A DNA stretch of 64,000 nucleotides from Opitutales bacterium. Lineage in GTDB: Bacteria > Verrucomicrobiota > Verrucomicrobiia > Opitutales > Opitutaceae. The first letter of the stretch is position 1; the number at the start of each line of letters is the position of its first letter. The notes under the pieces are model-generated. The model did not search any database. It was not told the DNA's origin and saw nothing but the letters and a program-made list of their open reading frames with translations. Shown here piece after piece: positions 46,273 through 56,679 of the stretch. The DNA is taken from assembly GCA_038204695.1 (NCBI GenBank), contig JBBRCR010000002.1, forward strand, positions 1,300 through 65,299, given 5' to 3'. The translations under genes were made by a program, and so were the position numbers.

Positions 46273-47220
46273 TCAGAAACCCTTGACGCGAAACAGGCCG
46301 GTCACGCTCTCGTTGGTATTGATCCGCTGAATGGCTTCACCGAGCAGCGATGCTATACTCAGTACGGTGACGGGGATGCCGTGCGTATTGATGGGCGTTG
46401 AATTCGTCGTGATGAGTTCATCGATCAACCCTTCTTTCAGCCGGTCAATCGCGACTTCATTGAGGATGCAATGGCTCACCGCGGCGCGAACGCTGCGCGC
46501 GCCGTGTTCGCGCAGGATCTTCGCGGCCGCGCAGAGGGTGCCGGCGGTTTCGGTGATGTCATCGACGAGAAGCACATCACAGCCGTCGACTTCGCCGACC
46601 ACATTGATCGCTTCGACCTTCGTGGCGCTTTTGCGCTTCTTCGCCACGAGGGCGAGTCCCGCACCGAGTACATCGGCATAAGCCGCGGCCATTTTCATGC
46701 CGCCGACATCAGGCGAACAGACGATCAACCGTTCAGACTTGAACTGGGAAAGGTGCTGGAAGAAAACCGGCGACGCGTAGAGATGATCGACGGGGATGTC
46801 GAAAAAGCCCTGGATTTGCTGCGAGTGCAAATCCATCGTGAGGATCCGATTCGCTCCGGCGGCCACGATCAAATTGGCAACCAGCTTGGCCGTGATCGGC
46901 ACCCGCGGCTGGTCTTTGCGATCCTGGCGCGCGTAGCCATAGAACGGCAGAACTGCAGTGATGCGCTGCGCTGATGCCCGCCGGGCGGCATCCATCATGA
47001 TCAGCAACTCCATCAGATTGTGATTACTCGGCGGACACGTCGACTGGATGATGAATACATCCTGGCCGCGAATGTTCTCGTTGATCTTCACGAACGATTC
47101 GCCGTCGGGAAAACTCGACACGGTCGCCTCCCCGAGCGGTTCGCCGATGGAGCGGCAGATTTCCTCGGCCAGAGGCCGGTTGGAATTACCTGTGAAGATC
47201 TTAAGCCGCGACACGCTCAT
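46273..47220 (-). CDS. prs: Ribose-phosphate pyrophosphokinase
   Basis: FPDGE, YGYARQDRK, DLHSQQIQGFF, SPDVGG and VDDITETAGT. Confidence 0.96.
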   Translation of the reverse strand: MSVSRLKIFTGNSNRPLAEEICRSIGEPLGEATVSSFPDGESFVKINENIRGQDVFIIQSTCPPSNHNLMELLIMMDAARRASAQRITAVLPFYGYARQDRKDQPRVPITAKLVANLIVAAGANRILTMDLHSQQIQGFFDIPVDHLYASPVFFQHLSQFKSERLIVCSPDVGGMKMAAAYADVLGAGLALVAKKRKSATKVEAINVVGEVDGCDVLLVDDITETAGTLCAAAKILREHGARSVRAAVSHCILNEVAIDRLKEGLIDELITTNSTPINTHGIPVTVLSIASLLGEAIQRINTNESVTGLFRVKGF

Positions 47221-47247
47221 GGGTGGGCGATGTTGGGGCACGAGCGG

Positions 47248-48300
47248 TCAGGAGGAAGACATTTTTGCGTCACGCAACTGTTCCTCAAGGGCATCGACCC
47301 TCTTAAATAAATCGGGCAGTCGCTGCTGGAGCACGGCGATCCGGCGCTCGAGCAAGTAGGGAATGGCCGGCGTGCCGTTGATAAAACTTCCGGCGGCGAT
47401 ATTTGACGTGATGCCAGCCTGGCCGCCGGCCTTGGTACCCTTGCCGATCGTGAGGTGACCAGCCACGCCCGCCTGGCCACCGAGGACGACATAATCATCG
47501 AGCGTCGTGCTGCCGGAGATGCCCACCTGCGAGCAGATCAAACAATGGCGGCCGATGCCGACGTTGTGGCCGACCTGAACCAAGTTGTCGATTTTCGTGC
47601 CTTCGCCAACGGTGGTGCGGCTGAAACGCGCGCGATCGAGCGTCGCGTTGGCGCCGATTTCAACGTCATCGCCGAGGACGACCGTACCGACTTGCGGTAT
47701 TTTTTCATGCCGACCGTGGGCAAATTCATAGCCGAACCCGTCCGCACCCACGATCACGCCCGGGTGCAGCCGCACGCGACGGCCGGCCGAACACTCCGTG
47801 GCGAATACGACTCCTGGCATCAGCCAGCAATCCTCACCGAGGATCGCTTTCCGGCCGACAAAAACCTGCGCATGCAAATGCACGCGCTCACCGATGATCG
47901 CACCCGACTCGACCACGCACAATGGACCGATCGTGGCTGAACGGGCAACTTGAGCACCCGGATCAACGACGGCGCTCGGATGGATGCCGGGTTCAGGCTT
48001 CGGCCACAGGGCCTGCTCAATCCGCGCGCACACGCGCGCAACCGCGGCTGATGGGTTCTCTGTCAGTAGAAACAGTTGGTTCGGCTTCGGCTCGCCCAGG
48101 TAGTCAGTCGGCAGCAGCACAATCGAAGCACGCGTGTCCGCGACTTCGCCTTTGTACTTCGCGTTGCCGAGAAATGCGAGTTCGCCTGGCGCAGCGCTGG
48201 CCAATGCCGCGAGGCCATGAATGGTCTCGGTCGTGAAACCCCGTGCTACTTTTGGATGAATGATGGCCGCCAGTTCGGCCGCCGTAAACGAAACCTGCAT
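47248..48300 (-). CDS. lpxD: UDP-3-O-acylglucosamine N-acyltransferase
   Basis: Hexapeptide repeats, GADGFGY, KIPQVG and [12 protein letters not shown]. Confidence 0.95.
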   Translation of the reverse strand: MQVSFTAAELAAIIHPKVARGFTTETIHGLAALASAAPGELAFLGNAKYKGEVADTRASIVLLPTDYLGEPKPNQLFLLTENPSAAVARVCARIEQALWPKPEPGIHPSAVVDPGAQVARSATIGPLCVVESGAIIGERVHLHAQVFVGRKAILGEDCWLMPGVVFATECSAGRRVRLHPGVIVGADGFGYEFAHGRHEKIPQVGTVVLGDDVEIGANATLDRARFSRTTVGEGTKIDNLVQVGHNVGIGRHCLICSQVGISGSTTLDDYVVLGGQAGVAGHLTIGKGTKAGGQAGITSNIAAGSFINGTPAIPYLLERRIAVLQQRLPDLFKRVDALEEQLRDAKMSSS

Positions 48301-48591
48301 ACCAAGAGCGTGGAGTTTTCGCGGGGCGGCGCAATGCAGCAAAGCGAAACACAACGGGAAGTGTCAGCAGCGGTCGCGCACCCGCGGCCATTTGCAGTCG
48401 AAGGCACGCCTGGCATTTTCTCGTGCCTCCGAGATCGCCACACGGCTCACGCGAAGCGGCGAAGATGACGAGGAGGGGAGGGCTGGATATTGGTTATTGG
48501 TTATTCCTGACCAAACCGCCGGTGGGTGCCACCATTGCAATGATGGGCACGGGGAGCGCGGGCCCTCATGTATTTGAAATTCACCCATCCT

Positions 48592-48649
48592 CGTGGCTCC
48601 GAACGCCAGCGCGTGGAGAGGCGTCCACTCGCTAGTGCTCGCGGCCACG
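48592..48649. repeat. REP-like imperfect palindrome
   Basis: CGTGGCTCCGAACGCCAGCGCGTGGA-N6-TCCACTCGCTAGTGCTCGCGGCCACG. Confidence 0.6.
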
Positions 48650-48665
48650 GGCGGGCGTGGCCAAT

Positions 48666-48695
48666 AAAAAAACCCCGCTCAGCGAAGCGGGGTTT
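48666..48695 (-). terminator. Intrinsic terminator after skp
   Basis: AAACCCCGCT-loop-AGCGGGGTTT with an A-run (U-tract on the minus strand). Confidence 0.8.
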
Positions 48696-48719
48696 CGAAG
48701 ATCAAAAATATCCAGCTGG

Positions 48720-49406
48720 TTATTTCTTGGTGCCGAGTCCGGGGACACTGACGGCGGGCGCCGATTTGGTGGCGGCGCCGGGAGCCGCGGCGGGGGTTGT
48801 TGCGGCGGCCGGAGCGGTCGGCGCGCCCGGCGGACGGTCCTTGTTAATCTCCTTCATCACGTCCTCAGTAATTTCATACGCGGGATCGGCGTAGACGATA
48901 TTCGAGATGCCGATGAGCGATGGGCCGGCCTTGTCGACGAGGAGAGTGGCTCCGCGGCGCTTCGCGACGTCCGTCGCGATTTTGCTGATCTCCTCCAGCA
49001 TCAAACTGCGGAAGGTCTGCAAGCGCTGCTGAAGTGAGTTGCGCGTGTTCTGGATGAACGTCTGAACTTCGCGTTGCTTCGTCTGGATCGACTCGAGCTT
49101 TCTCTGCGCTTCGTTCTGGGCCTTCGATTTCGCTTCGGCGGTAAGGGCTGGGTTGTTCGACTGTTCGTTGAGGCTCTTGTACTCCTCCACCAGCACGTTC
49201 CCCTCCTTGTTCATCTTGTCGACCTCTTCCTGGGCCTTTTGGTCGTCGCTCTGAATTTTCGCGTTCTGTTCGACGGTCTTGTAATGGCTGTCGTAGATCT
49301 TCGCCATGTCGACGACGAGGATCTTGATCGCAGGCTGCGCCTGCGCGGCCAGGGACGCGGCGCCAAATGCCGCGATCGCGACAAGCGTTTGCATTGATTT
49401 CTTCAT
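48720..49406 (-). CDS. skp: OmpH/Skp periplasmic chaperone
   Basis: Signal peptide, KILVVDM, long coiled coil, VYADPAYEITEDV; lies between bamA and lpxD. Confidence 0.88.
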   Translation of the reverse strand: MKKSMQTLVAIAAFGAASLAAQAQPAIKILVVDMAKIYDSHYKTVEQNAKIQSDDQKAQEEVDKMNKEGNVLVEEYKSLNEQSNNPALTAEAKSKAQNEAQRKLESIQTKQREVQTFIQNTRNSLQQRLQTFRSLMLEEISKIATDVAKRRGATLLVDKAGPSLIGISNIVYADPAYEITEDVMKEINKDRPPGAPTAPAAATTPAAAPGAATKSAPAVSVPGLGTKK

Positions 49407-49445
49407 GGGTTCGTTTGGGAGAATGAAAGGAAGAACGGAGCAGAA

Positions 49446-51824
49446 TCAGAACCGGGTGCCAAAGGAAAAATTAAACTGGTTCCCTTTCTTATTCAGCTTC
49501 GTGCCAGTAATGGGGATGCCAAAATCCAGGCTCAGCGGCGCCCCCGCCACAAAAAGCCGCAAACCGAAGCCGAAATTGTCGTTATACTCCGCCGCGTTGA
49601 AATCATAAGCGCGCCGGTTCACGAAGCCGGCATCGTAAAATATGGCAAAACGGATGGGGCTGACGATATCGAGCGAATATTCGGCACTGAAGAAACCGTA
49701 GCTTTTCCCGCCAATCGGCTCATCAAACTGGTCCCGTGGGCTGACATCCCGAAATTCGAATCCGCGGAGGTCGTTCGGACCGCCCAGGTAGAATTTTCGA
49801 TAATACGGCACATCCGTGGTTTCCCCGAAATTCTGAATCACACCACCACGGGCGATCAAGCTGAGCACCTGCTCCTGGGCCTCGAAAACGGGAAAGAACT
49901 GGGACCCACGGAACTCAAGCCGGTAGAAATTGTTGATTTTGCTGCCACCCAGCGGACCACCGGCGAACATCAAGTTGGCCTCCACTCGGTTTCCCGCGGT
50001 CGTGTTGATGATCTTGTTGCGGGTGTCCCGCTCGAGTTGCAATGCAATGCTCGACGACGCATTGCTGCCCGCCAGTGCCTGAATGATGGGCGAAGCACTC
50101 GGCGAGACATCCTGGATGTCGAATATCTCGTACGTGTAGCCCAGCCGGCCGTTCCAAAGTTCGAAGAGGTGCTTGCGCAGGTAGACCTCGAAGCCGGTTT
50201 CCACCTGGCTGTAGAACGTACTGTTGTACTCCGAGCTCGTCCGGAAAACGCTGAACCCGAGCGCCAGCTGGCGTTCGAACAACCAGGGTTCTTCAAACGA
50301 CAGCACAACTTCGCTCGACAGCGAACCGAGCTGAAGCCGGAGCCGGAACTTCTGGCCGTCGCCCTGGAAGAACGAGCGGCGGTTGAAGAGATCGAAATTG
50401 GACTGGGAGACTTCGGCAAACAGCGTCGCGCGTTCGAGCGAGCTGAAACCGGCGCCAAACGTCAGATTTCCCGTGCGGCCCTCGCGAACCGCGATTCGCA
50501 TGTTTCGGCGGCCCGGAATATTGGTCTCCTGCGGGGTTACGTTGACGTCCTCGAAGAACCGCGTGTTTTCAAGCCTCAGCTTGCTGATTTTCATCAACAC
50601 GGTGCTGAACACATCGCCCGGACCAAGCACCAGTTCGCGTAGGATCACGATGCTCTTGGTCTTGTTGTTGCCCTCGATCACGATCGACTCGACGTTGTAC
50701 TTCTCGCTCTCGTTGATCTGGTATTCGACGTCGATGTTGCCCGTGCCGACGTTCGGTTTGCGCAGCAGTCGGACTTGCGTGTCGAGATAGCCGTCCTTGC
50801 CGTAGAAATCTTCCAGCCGCTCGCGGTCGCTATCCAACTTGGACGGCGTGAATACCGCCCCCTTGCGCTGCCGGACCACCCGGCCAAGCAGCCGTGACTC
50901 GAAGAGTTTGTTGCCGATAAAGGACACCTCGCCGATGCGATATTGCCGACCTTCGTTGACGGTCACGACAAGCACCAGCCGGTCAGGCTTCGGATAGGTG
51001 AACATCACCTTGTCCTGCGGGATTTCGACGTCCAGGAAGCCCTGCTCGCGGTAGTAATCACGCAGCTTGTCGAGATCATCTTCGAATTGATCGTCCTTGA
51101 AACGGCCTGAGCCGGTCAGCCAGGAAAACATCCACCATTTCTTGGTCTCCATCTGGCTGCGCAATTTGCGCGGAGCGATGTGCTTGTTGCCGGCAAACTT
51201 GATGTCGCCGATCTTGACCTTGGCTCCCTCACGAATCTTGAAAATCACCGTGCCGAATCCGCCCACGCGATCGCGATCGATCGTGTAGGTGATATTGATC
51301 TGGTTGTAACCGGCCTTCTGGTAGTACTCGCGCAGTTTCTCCGCATCCTCTTTCACCTGGCGTTCGTCGAGGGCGAGATTTGGCCGGATCTTCACTTCTT
51401 TCTCCAGCCGGCTGGACTTCACCCGCTGGTTGCCCTCGAACTTTACGGCGAAGACGCGGAACTTTGGCGTGACCTCGACGACGAGATTGAACGTGTTGCC
51501 GTCAACGGGTTCGTGTTTGACCTCGATAAATTCGAAGAGGCCGGTGCGGTAGAGGGAGCGGATGTCCCGATCCAGCATGAGCTCGTCAAACTCGCCGCCT
51601 TCGCGAATTTGCATATTCGCGCGAACCACCTGTTCGTTGACGTTGGCGGTGCCGACAAACTTGATGGCGATCGTCCCGACTTTGTAAGTCGATTGCGGGG
51701 CTCCGGCTTGCGGGGCAGCTGGTTGCTGTGCCCATACCGGGTTTCCTCCTCCTGCCACCGCCCAGCTGAGCGCAAAAATGAGAAAGGCGACCCTGCGCAC
51801 AGGGTTACTGGTGAAAGTTTTCAA
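49446..51824 (-). CDS. bamA: Outer membrane protein assembly factor BamA
   Basis: POTRA-like repeats, FYLGGPNDLRGF and C-terminal FNFSFGTRF; start uncertain. Confidence 0.93.
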   Translation of the reverse strand: MKTFTSNPVRRVAFLIFALSWAVAGGGNPVWAQQPAAPQAGAPQSTYKVGTIAIKFVGTANVNEQVVRANMQIREGGEFDELMLDRDIRSLYRTGLFEFIEVKHEPVDGNTFNLVVEVTPKFRVFAVKFEGNQRVKSSRLEKEVKIRPNLALDERQVKEDAEKLREYYQKAGYNQINITYTIDRDRVGGFGTVIFKIREGAKVKIGDIKFAGNKHIAPRKLRSQMETKKWWMFSWLTGSGRFKDDQFEDDLDKLRDYYREQGFLDVEIPQDKVMFTYPKPDRLVLVVTVNEGRQYRIGEVSFIGNKLFESRLLGRVVRQRKGAVFTPSKLDSDRERLEDFYGKDGYLDTQVRLLRKPNVGTGNIDVEYQINESEKYNVESIVIEGNNKTKSIVILRELVLGPGDVFSTVLMKISKLRLENTRFFEDVNVTPQETNIPGRRNMRIAVREGRTGNLTFGAGFSSLERATLFAEVSQSNFDLFNRRSFFQGDGQKFRLRLQLGSLSSEVVLSFEEPWLFERQLALGFSVFRTSSEYNSTFYSQVETGFEVYLRKHLFELWNGRLGYTYEIFDIQDVSPSASPIIQALAGSNASSSIALQLERDTRNKIINTTAGNRVEANLMFAGGPLGGSKINNFYRLEFRGSQFFPVFEAQEQVLSLIARGGVIQNFGETTDVPYYRKFYLGGPNDLRGFEFRDVSPRDQFDEPIGGKSYGFFSAEYSLDIVSPIRFAIFYDAGFVNRRAYDFNAAEYNDNFGFGLRLFVAGAPLSLDFGIPITGTKLNKKGNQFNFSFGTRF

Positions 51825-53199
51825 AGCGGGTGATATCTCGGAGGAAAGTGAGTCGCAGTTCTCCTACCGGGCCGTTTCGTTGCTTGGCAACGATTAAGTC
51901 CGCCGAGTCCGCGGCAACCTGGAACTTTTCGTCTGCATCTTTGGGCCGGGCCAGCATGAGAACTACGTCAGCATCTTGCTCGATGGATCCGGACTCGCGC
52001 AGGTCCGATAGCTTCGGTGCGCGGTTATCCTTTTCGGACGAGCGATTCAGCTGGGATAATACAAGCACCGGGACGTCGAGTTCCTTCGCAAGTGCCTTCA
52101 ATCCGCGAGATGCCTCCGCAACCTGCTGTTCGCGGGGTGCGCGGGGGTCCGTGGGGCTCATCAATTGCAAGTAATCAACCATTATGAACCCGAGGGGCGT
52201 CCGGGAATGGATGCGGCGCGCCTTCGCCCGCAGCTGCATGATGGAAATGGCACTGGAGTCGTCGATGAAGATCGGAGACTTGGAAAACTCGTCGGCCGCC
52301 TCGAGCAAACGGTTCTGCTCCTCGCCGTTCTTGGAAAGCAACCCATCGCGCAGGAGCTTCATGTTCACCCGCGCGCGGGAGCACAGCATGCGCAACGCAA
52401 GCTGGGAGGCGCCCATTTCGAGCGAGAAAATCAACACGGCCGCCGGCGCGCCCCTTTTCGGCAGGGCGGCCGCCTCGGCAAAGTTCAACGCCAGCGAGGT
52501 TTTTCCCATCGAGGGCCGCGCTGCGAGGATGATCATCTCCTGTCGCTGGAAGCCCCACATGTAATTGTCGAGATCCTTGAACCCGGACGAAATTCCCGTG
52601 AGTTCGCCCTTCTTCATCATCATTTTCGTGATGACGTTCATCGCCTCGCGCGTGGGCTCGCGCATCTGTTTGGCGGACTCGCTGACGCGATTCTGGGTGA
52701 CCGAAAATATTTTTGTTTCCACCTGATCGACGAACTCGTCGATGCCGCCGGAAAAGTTGTAACAGTCCTCCACCGCGCCCGTGGCGGAGCGGATGATTTC
52801 GCGCAGCAACGCGTGCTCGCGCACTTTCTCGATGAAGTAACCCGCCTGAGCGGTCGTCGGAATCCGGCTGCTGACCTGCGTCAGGAAAGCGTATCCACCA
52901 ATCGCATCGAGCTGGCGCGAAGTCTTCAGCTCCTCGGCGACAACCGATACGTCGATCGGCGCCTGGCGGTTGTACAGTTCCAGCAGACACTCGTAAATGA
53001 TGCCGTGCTTGGAATCGTAGAACGACTCCGGCCGTATCCGCGCTTCCAGACAGCGCGACACGACATCCGCGCCGTCGAGCAGGCAGCAGGAAAGCAGGTA
53101 CTCCTCCGCTTCAATGCTGTGCGGCAGAGAACGCCCGACACTCGGAGCCGCGGGGCTCATAATCGGACGGGCGGGGGAACTGGAGCTATCTTTTACCAT
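51805..53199 (-). CDS. dnaB: Replicative DNA helicase
   Basis: PHSIEAE, AARPSMGKT, FSLEM, VDYLQLM, LSQLNR, DLRESGSIEQDAD and KQRNGPVG; no intein seen. Confidence 0.96.
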   Translation of the reverse strand: MVKDSSSSPARPIMSPAAPSVGRSLPHSIEAEEYLLSCCLLDGADVVSRCLEARIRPESFYDSKHGIIYECLLELYNRQAPIDVSVVAEELKTSRQLDAIGGYAFLTQVSSRIPTTAQAGYFIEKVREHALLREIIRSATGAVEDCYNFSGGIDEFVDQVETKIFSVTQNRVSESAKQMREPTREAMNVITKMMMKKGELTGISSGFKDLDNYMWGFQRQEMIILAARPSMGKTSLALNFAEAAALPKRGAPAAVLIFSLEMGASQLALRMLCSRARVNMKLLRDGLLSKNGEEQNRLLEAADEFSKSPIFIDDSSAISIMQLRAKARRIHSRTPLGFIMVDYLQLMSPTDPRAPREQQVAEASRGLKALAKELDVPVLVLSQLNRSSEKDNRAPKLSDLRESGSIEQDADVVLMLARPKDADEKFQVAADSADLIVAKQRNGPVGELRLTFLRDITRFENFHQ

Positions 53200-53402
53200 C
53201 GGCGCGAACGCAGGAAAATCGGGGGCGCCATCCCTGATGGCGAGCGGAATGCGTTCACAGCTTCCAAACAGGTTATTCAGATGGAGGTGGCGTGAACTCC
53301 GGCGAGCGGACGGATCAGTCGCGCTGGCGTTCGCCGCCTCCGGACACCAAAAAGGCGGTCGTTCATCGACCGCCGGGCAGGGAAAAATCTGGCGGCGCCA
53401 GC

Positions 53403-55253
53403 TCAGGCCGGCTGGTTGTCTGCGTACCGCTTGATGCCGACGATGGTGTAGTCTTCCTCGCCGCCCACGGACTTCACCTTTACGGAGTCGCCGCGCTTCT
53501 TGCCGAGTAGCGCCGCGCCAAACGCCGTCTTGTAGGAAATGATGTGGTTTTCGGGATCGCCATCCCAACCGCCGAGAATGGTGTACGTGGTCGTCCCGCC
53601 CGTCGTGTTGTTCTTGACCTCGACGATCGTGCCGGCGCCCACCTGGTCGATGTTGGCTTCCTTGAAGTCCGTCACGCGGGCCCGCGCCAGGTCGCGCTCC
53701 AGCTGGCCCTTCTGCGCCATGAGCACCGTTTGATCCTGCTTCGCCATCTTGAACTCGGAATTCTCCCGCAGATCACCGTGCTCACGCGCCGCCGCAATCG
53801 CCTTGGAGTTTTCCGGAATCTTCTTCGACACGATCGACTCGTATTCTTCGCGCTTGCGATCGTAGCTCGAGCGGGAAACGAGCAATTGCTCCTCCTTACC
53901 CTCGGCGTCGGCCGCCACGAGCGACTGGATTTTCGGGAAAATCTTGATGAACCGGGCGAGCAGTGACTTTTTCGTCAGCTCCTCGAAACCCTGATTCAGC
54001 ATCAGGGTGTTCGCCAGATCGCGCGCCGTTTCCGGATCCGCCGTGGAGAGCAGATCGGAAATCAAATCCGGATCCTCGCTGAGGATATCCGCCAGGGGAA
54101 TCCGGCGGGCGCTGGACGCCTGCAGCGCCTCGTAATCGATGGCGAAGAAGATCGCGCTGAGCAGTCGCGGTGTGATGAGGTCGTTGAGCAGCTTCGCGAA
54201 TTTCTTCGAGTGCCGGTTCTTGACGATCCAGAGGAGTACGGGTGCGCGGAGATTCTGCTCGGTCTGCCAGCGCTTGAGCGTGGCGGCCAGTTCATCGGAA
54301 TGGCCGTGTTCGACGAGGAAGTTGATCACTTCGGTCGTGAACTTACCCTGCGATGTCTTCAGCAGATTAAACAGAATGTCGCGTGACTCGATCGGATGGG
54401 TCTCGTGGACCAGCTCGAGAAAGCGCGACTGAAACTGCACCGGAATTTTTTCCGCAATGCCGGGCAGATCGCGCACATTGGCAATTATCTGCGTCTGAGC
54501 CGGCTCAAACGACGAATCCACATTCAGCGCCTTCGCGAGATCATCGCGGACCACCGCACCGTAAAGCCGCTCCGCAGAGTTGATCTGATTGGAGTCCTTC
54601 ACCGCGTCCGCCACGCCCTTCAGCACCGACGTGAGGTCGCCCTTCACCTCTTTCTTGCCAATGGCGCCCAGCAACTCCTCGACGAGCAGAATGCGGCGGC
54701 GGGCCGAGCGCGTGCCATTGAACTGCTCCAAAATTTCGTCCTCGGCGGACACCGGTGTCTCGCGCACGAGGTAACATTCGGTCTTCTTTTCCGGAACCGC
54801 CACGCGCGGATCCTTGGCGACCAACTTCTTCGCGGCCGACCACCACTTCTTGAATTTGTCCTCACCGATCACCTGGGCCATCGTGATCTCCAGCTCGATC
54901 GCGGTCGCCGCATTATTTGGATACGCTTGGAGCGCCTCCACGACCAACTGCGCGGGATCCTCCGCCGCCAGTTCAGCAATCCGCTTGGGTTCGGTTTCCT
55001 TCCGCACGAGCAAATGTCTGGCCGGCAGCACATCCATCGTGTTGATGCAGAACGCCGGATCCATCGGGTGCGATTTCTTGCCCTTGAAGTCGATGATCAG
55101 CTTCTGCGACGCGTCGTCATAACTCTTGATCCGGCCAAATCCCCAGCTGCGGTGGACCACGTACGCGCCGGGTTCCATCGACTCGAGTTTGGCTTTGGCC
55201 GCCTTCAAGGTCGGTGATTTGGCGATGAGCGCGGAAACAGCTTCAGAATTCAT
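53403..55253 (-). CDS. greA: GreA/GreB-domain protein with long N-terminal extension
   Basis: C-terminal AAREHGDLRENSEFKMAK...ISYKTAFGAALLGKKRGD. Confidence 0.85.
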   Translation of the reverse strand: MNSEAVSALIAKSPTLKAAKAKLESMEPGAYVVHRSWGFGRIKSYDDASQKLIIDFKGKKSHPMDPAFCINTMDVLPARHLLVRKETEPKRIAELAAEDPAQLVVEALQAYPNNAATAIELEITMAQVIGEDKFKKWWSAAKKLVAKDPRVAVPEKKTECYLVRETPVSAEDEILEQFNGTRSARRRILLVEELLGAIGKKEVKGDLTSVLKGVADAVKDSNQINSAERLYGAVVRDDLAKALNVDSSFEPAQTQIIANVRDLPGIAEKIPVQFQSRFLELVHETHPIESRDILFNLLKTSQGKFTTEVINFLVEHGHSDELAATLKRWQTEQNLRAPVLLWIVKNRHSKKFAKLLNDLITPRLLSAIFFAIDYEALQASSARRIPLADILSEDPDLISDLLSTADPETARDLANTLMLNQGFEELTKKSLLARFIKIFPKIQSLVAADAEGKEEQLLVSRSSYDRKREEYESIVSKKIPENSKAIAAAREHGDLRENSEFKMAKQDQTVLMAQKGQLERDLARARVTDFKEANIDQVGAGTIVEVKNNTTGGTTTYTILGGWDGDPENHIISYKTAFGAALLGKKRGDSVKVKSVGGEEDYTIVGIKRYADNQPA

Positions 55254-55366
55254 GATTGCGTGAGTGGTGGCCTGAACAGGAGAGTTGAGCGGACAATGTC
55301 TAGCCTTGTCAAATCACGTGTCAAAACCCCGACGACCAAACAGCTTGGCGGCGGCCCGATCGCCCG

Positions 55367-56674
55367 ATGAGCACCTCCATCGAACCGATCACCTCACCGG
55401 CATGGCCCGCCGCCGCCCGCCTCATCGCCCGTTGGCTGGACCAGCATGAGCGCGTCGACACCCTGCTTGACCTGCTGCCCAAGACCCTGAGCAGCGCCGA
55501 CCGCGCCCGCGCCCAGCACCTGATGCTCGGCGTTATCCGTCACTTTGGACGACTCGACGCGGCGCTCAGCCGGTTGGTATCGCACGCCCCGCGCTTTTCA
55601 ACCCGCGCCGTGCTGTTTGTTTCGGGCTTTGAACTGCTCGATGCGGTCAACTCACCCGACTCCGGTGGCGAAGGCCGGGTGGCCAGGATTGTCCACCATG
55701 CCGTCGAACAGACCAAAGCGCTGGCCAGTCCCGCCGAGGCGCGGCTCGTCAACGCGGTCGCACGCAAACTGGCCGCCGCCCTCGTGCGGTCCGCTCCGGC
55801 CGCTAACGCCAGCGTCGACGAACTCGCGGAATTCTTCTCGCATCCCGACTGGCTGATCCGGAGCTGGCTGGCGCAGTTCGGCCCCGAGTCGACGCGCGCG
55901 CTGCTCGAATGGAATCAAAAGCCTGCGCCGGTGTATGCGCGCTGGCGCGGACCGGCGGAGGCGCGACCCGCTTTTCTGAAGCCGACGGTCTGGCCCAACT
56001 TTTTCGAGGTGGGCACCGGCCGCTGGTCAGAGGTCGAACCACTCCTCAAAGCCGGCCAGCTTTACCTCCAGGATCCCTCCACGCGTTTGCCCGTGGAAGC
56101 GATGGCGCCTCAGCCGAACGAGACGGTGATCGATCTTTGCGCCGCGCCCGGTGGCAAGAGTCTCTTGATTGCGGACACGATGAAAACCGGGCGGCTCGTT
56201 GCCGTGGATCTGCCGGGCGCACGCATCGACCGCTTGAAGGAAAACCTCGCGCGTGCGGGCGCCATGGACGTGGCCTTGGTCCAAGGTGACGTGTTACAGG
56301 GGCTCGCCGTGGTTCTACGCGAACACCGGCTGCCGGAAAAATACGACGCCGTGCTGCTCGATGTGCCGTGCTCGAACACGGGGGTCATGCGCCATCGCGT
56401 CGACGTGAAGTGGCGGCTGCAACCCGGCGATTTCAAAAAACACCCGCAGCAACAGCTCTCGATGCTGCACGCGGCGGCGCGGCTCACGGCGTCAAAGGGC
56501 CGGCTCATCTATTCCAGCTGCAGTATCGACCAGGAAGAAAACGAGCACGTGGTGGGGCAGTTTCTCGCCGGCAAGGCGGGAGAGGCATTCGTCCTTGACG
56601 GTTCGGTGCTGAGTTATCCCTGGATCGATGGCCACGACGGGGGCGCTACGTTTCGGCTGCGCCGACGGGAATAA
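55367..56674 (+). CDS. rsmB: RsmB/NOP-family RNA m5C methyltransferase
   Basis: NusB-like N-terminus, FSHPDWL, YLQD, DLCAAPGGKS, LLDVPCSNTG and YSSCS...EENE. Confidence 0.88.
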   Translation: MSTSIEPITSPAWPAAARLIARWLDQHERVDTLLDLLPKTLSSADRARAQHLMLGVIRHFGRLDAALSRLVSHAPRFSTRAVLFVSGFELLDAVNSPDSGGEGRVARIVHHAVEQTKALASPAEARLVNAVARKLAAALVRSAPAANASVDELAEFFSHPDWLIRSWLAQFGPESTRALLEWNQKPAPVYARWRGPAEARPAFLKPTVWPNFFEVGTGRWSEVEPLLKAGQLYLQDPSTRLPVEAMAPQPNETVIDLCAAPGGKSLLIADTMKTGRLVAVDLPGARIDRLKENLARAGAMDVALVQGDVLQGLAVVLREHRLPEKYDAVLLDVPCSNTGVMRHRVDVKWRLQPGDFKKHPQQQLSMLHAAARLTASKGRLIYSSCSIDQEENEHVVGQFLAGKAGEAFVLDGSVLSYPWIDGHDGGATFRLRRRE

Positions 56675-56679
56675 ACCGG

